Source: Gammaproteobacteria bacterium
GTDB lineage: Bacteria; Pseudomonadota; Gammaproteobacteria; JBCCGL01
DNA: 64,000 bases
NCBI GenBank assembly: GCA_965277715.1
Contig: OZ255836.1
Coordinates: forward strand, 2,592,001 to 2,656,000
Direction of reading: 5' to 3'
Part shown: positions 62,565 to 64,000 of the stretch, in pieces
Layout of the letters: the number at the start of each line of letters is the position of its first letter
Position numbering within the stretch: the stretch's first letter is position 1
Translations under genes and position numbers: made by a program
The notes under the pieces: model-generated
What the model saw: only the letters and a program-made list of their open reading frames with translations
The model's database searches: none
What the model was told of the DNA's origin: nothing

Positions 62565-62720
62565 TATCGACAGGCGACTAAACAATAGCAACCGCCGCCC
62601 GCATTCCTTCCAAGATCGCCTCTTCTGCGGTGCGCGGTGACAGGCAGTCACCCGCCAGGTACACCGCGCAATCTAAGCCGTGCACTGCCCGTTCAAGCGC
62701 GGTGTCTGCCACGTGCCCGG
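62565..62720 (-). repeat. Second copy of the oxidoreductase 3' fragment at about 35331-35500
   Basis: Near-identical gtatcgacaggcgactaaacaatagcaaccgccgcccgcattcc... sequence. Confidence 0.9.
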
Positions 62721-62740
62721 TAAGTGAAAGGGGTCAAGTT

Positions 62741-63773
62741 AAAGGGGTCAGGCGAGTTATTTACTATTTAACTGATTTTCAATTTGATGCATCACCTCTT
62801 TAAGTTCCCCCTTGTCTAGCGCCTTCTTGACGTAAGCTATTGCACTCGACACACCACCAGGGTGACTTAACCCAAAATGTTGAGTAATCGCCTTTAACGA
62901 CATATCACCAAACCGCTGGCAGTAGTACATGGCCAATTTGCGGGGAATGTTCGCGCTACCTCCCTTACCTTGACTATCCAAAACACTGCCTTCACTCACT
63001 CGGCAACAATTTGCCACCGTTTTTACTATCACACTGCTGGCTACCTTTTCCCGCAATTGTGACCGCACATCAACGCCATTCTGGCTTTCTTTGTACTCGG
63101 CCAACTGTGAGCGGAACACCTTATCACCTAACACCGTCGATAGGTTATTTTTGCCGTAAAAGCGCTGTATATCCTCATCAACCCCTTGGTCTACATAGTC
63201 TGTGTAACGTTGACAGTCGTTTTTCACCGGTAAACAGGCATAAACACGATCACGACACAACCAAGCAGGGCTCAATGCTTTTCCTATGTAAGCCGGGTAA
63301 CTAGACCAGGGATAGTTCTTTAGCGATTGAACCAGAGGTCGTTTAGTCTCAATGGGGTTTCTATGTATATAGCGAGACAGGGGTAATAGATACGCATCTT
63401 CATCGACATTGATGGCTTTAAATCGCCCTCTAAACTGAGGGCCATCCGTTTTTTTAAGGCGGTTATAACGCTGTGTATAGACCCCATCGATATGCTGCAT
63501 AATGCGACTGAGGTTGGCATCAGGTGTTTCCAGCAGTAGGTGGTAGTGATTGCCCATTAGGCAATAAGCGTGAATCACGGCGTGAAAACGCTCTGCGGCT
63601 TCGGTCAATGTGGCGAGAAACGCTTGGTAGTAAGCTTCGCTATGAAAAACTGTCTTACGCTCCCGACCACGGTTCATTATATGGTAGAAGGCGTTTTCAT
63701 ATTCTATGCGGTGAGGTCTTGGCATGGGGTGATATTGACATAATCTATGATAAATAACTAGCCTGACCCCTTT
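62741..63773 (-). mobile_element. RAYT element copy 2 bounded by 23-bp inverted repeats
   Basis: Same boundaries and length (1033 bp) as copy 1, with extra end copies at about 62727 and at 63779-63801. Confidence 0.8.
62757..63725 (-). CDS. REP-associated tyrosine transposase, second copy
   Basis: 322 aa; 10 substitutions versus 60237-61205. Confidence 0.9.
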   Translation of the reverse strand: MPRPHRIEYENAFYHIMNRGRERKTVFHSEAYYQAFLATLTEAAERFHAVIHAYCLMGNHYHLLLETPDANLSRIMQHIDGVYTQRYNRLKKTDGPQFRGRFKAINVDEDAYLLPLSRYIHRNPIETKRPLVQSLKNYPWSSYPAYIGKALSPAWLCRDRVYACLPVKNDCQRYTDYVDQGVDEDIQRFYGKNNLSTVLGDKVFRSQLAEYKESQNGVDVRSQLREKVASSVIVKTVANCCRVSEGSVLDSQGKGGSANIPRKLAMYYCQRFGDMSLKAITQHFGLSHPGGVSSAIAYVKKALDKGELKEVMHQIENQLNSK

Positions 63774-64000
63774 TCCTTTAAATAACTAGCCTGACCCCTT
63801 TTCCTTTCTTTTCCTTATGGCGAGCATTCAGCTTTTTGTTGTAGCAACGGACGCCACCTGGCAGTTAAAGTAACGACAAAACTCATGCGACAGATGGGTA
63901 AACACTTCATCTGTTAAACGACCATATTTCTTTATTATTACAGTTTTTGAAACAACGAAAGTTTTTCTTAGCATAAGTTTGGATATTTTGGGTATTTCGC

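Noticed and set aside
1-64000. CRISPR-associated transposon (I-F3), tRNA/rRNA genes, additional self-targeting spacers
   Set aside because: No tnsABC/tniQ or RNA genes were recognised. No further spacer matches were seen, but the by-eye search was not exhaustive.

Overview
Gammaproteobacterial-looking chromosomal window with four parts. (1) 1-14.1 kb: a very large type I-F CRISPR array. I count about 230 perfect 28-bp repeats, and it probably continues left of the window. It is transcribed on the minus strand from a leader with an IHF site. No intact cas gene is present; only a decayed cas6f (csy4) 3' end abuts the leader. The repeat loop switches GCACA/GTACA/GCACA in blocks, and one spacer matches 32/32 a Roc-COR gene 45 kb away in this window, without a canonical PAM. 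(2) 14.3-33.5 kb: metabolic and housekeeping genes. These are a kinase-M23-aminotransferase fusion, an orphan ThDP-enzyme/Sdh-like/Fe-S hydratase catabolic cluster, hisB-hisH-GNAT-hisA-hisF-hisI-hisE-tatABC, and tctCBA. (3) 33.7-50.9 kb: a defence-like mosaic island. It holds DUF488, a NYN RNase preceded by a promoter, structured RNA and terminator, a broken C5 methylase, vapBC, a cpdA-like cassette, nested MITEs, a DUF4041/T5orf172 gene, a zrg zinc ABC operon and an MNT-HEPN/Roc-COR/Schlafen-AlbA operon. (4) 51-64 kb: an integron with six cassettes. The first encodes a BesD/HalD-type halogenase plus an EamA exporter, and two others are disrupted by IS4 and ISL3 elements. Beyond it lie relics of a second integron and two copies of a REP-associated tyrosine transposase bounded by 23-bp inverted repeats. 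All calls were made by eye from motifs; no database searches were run.
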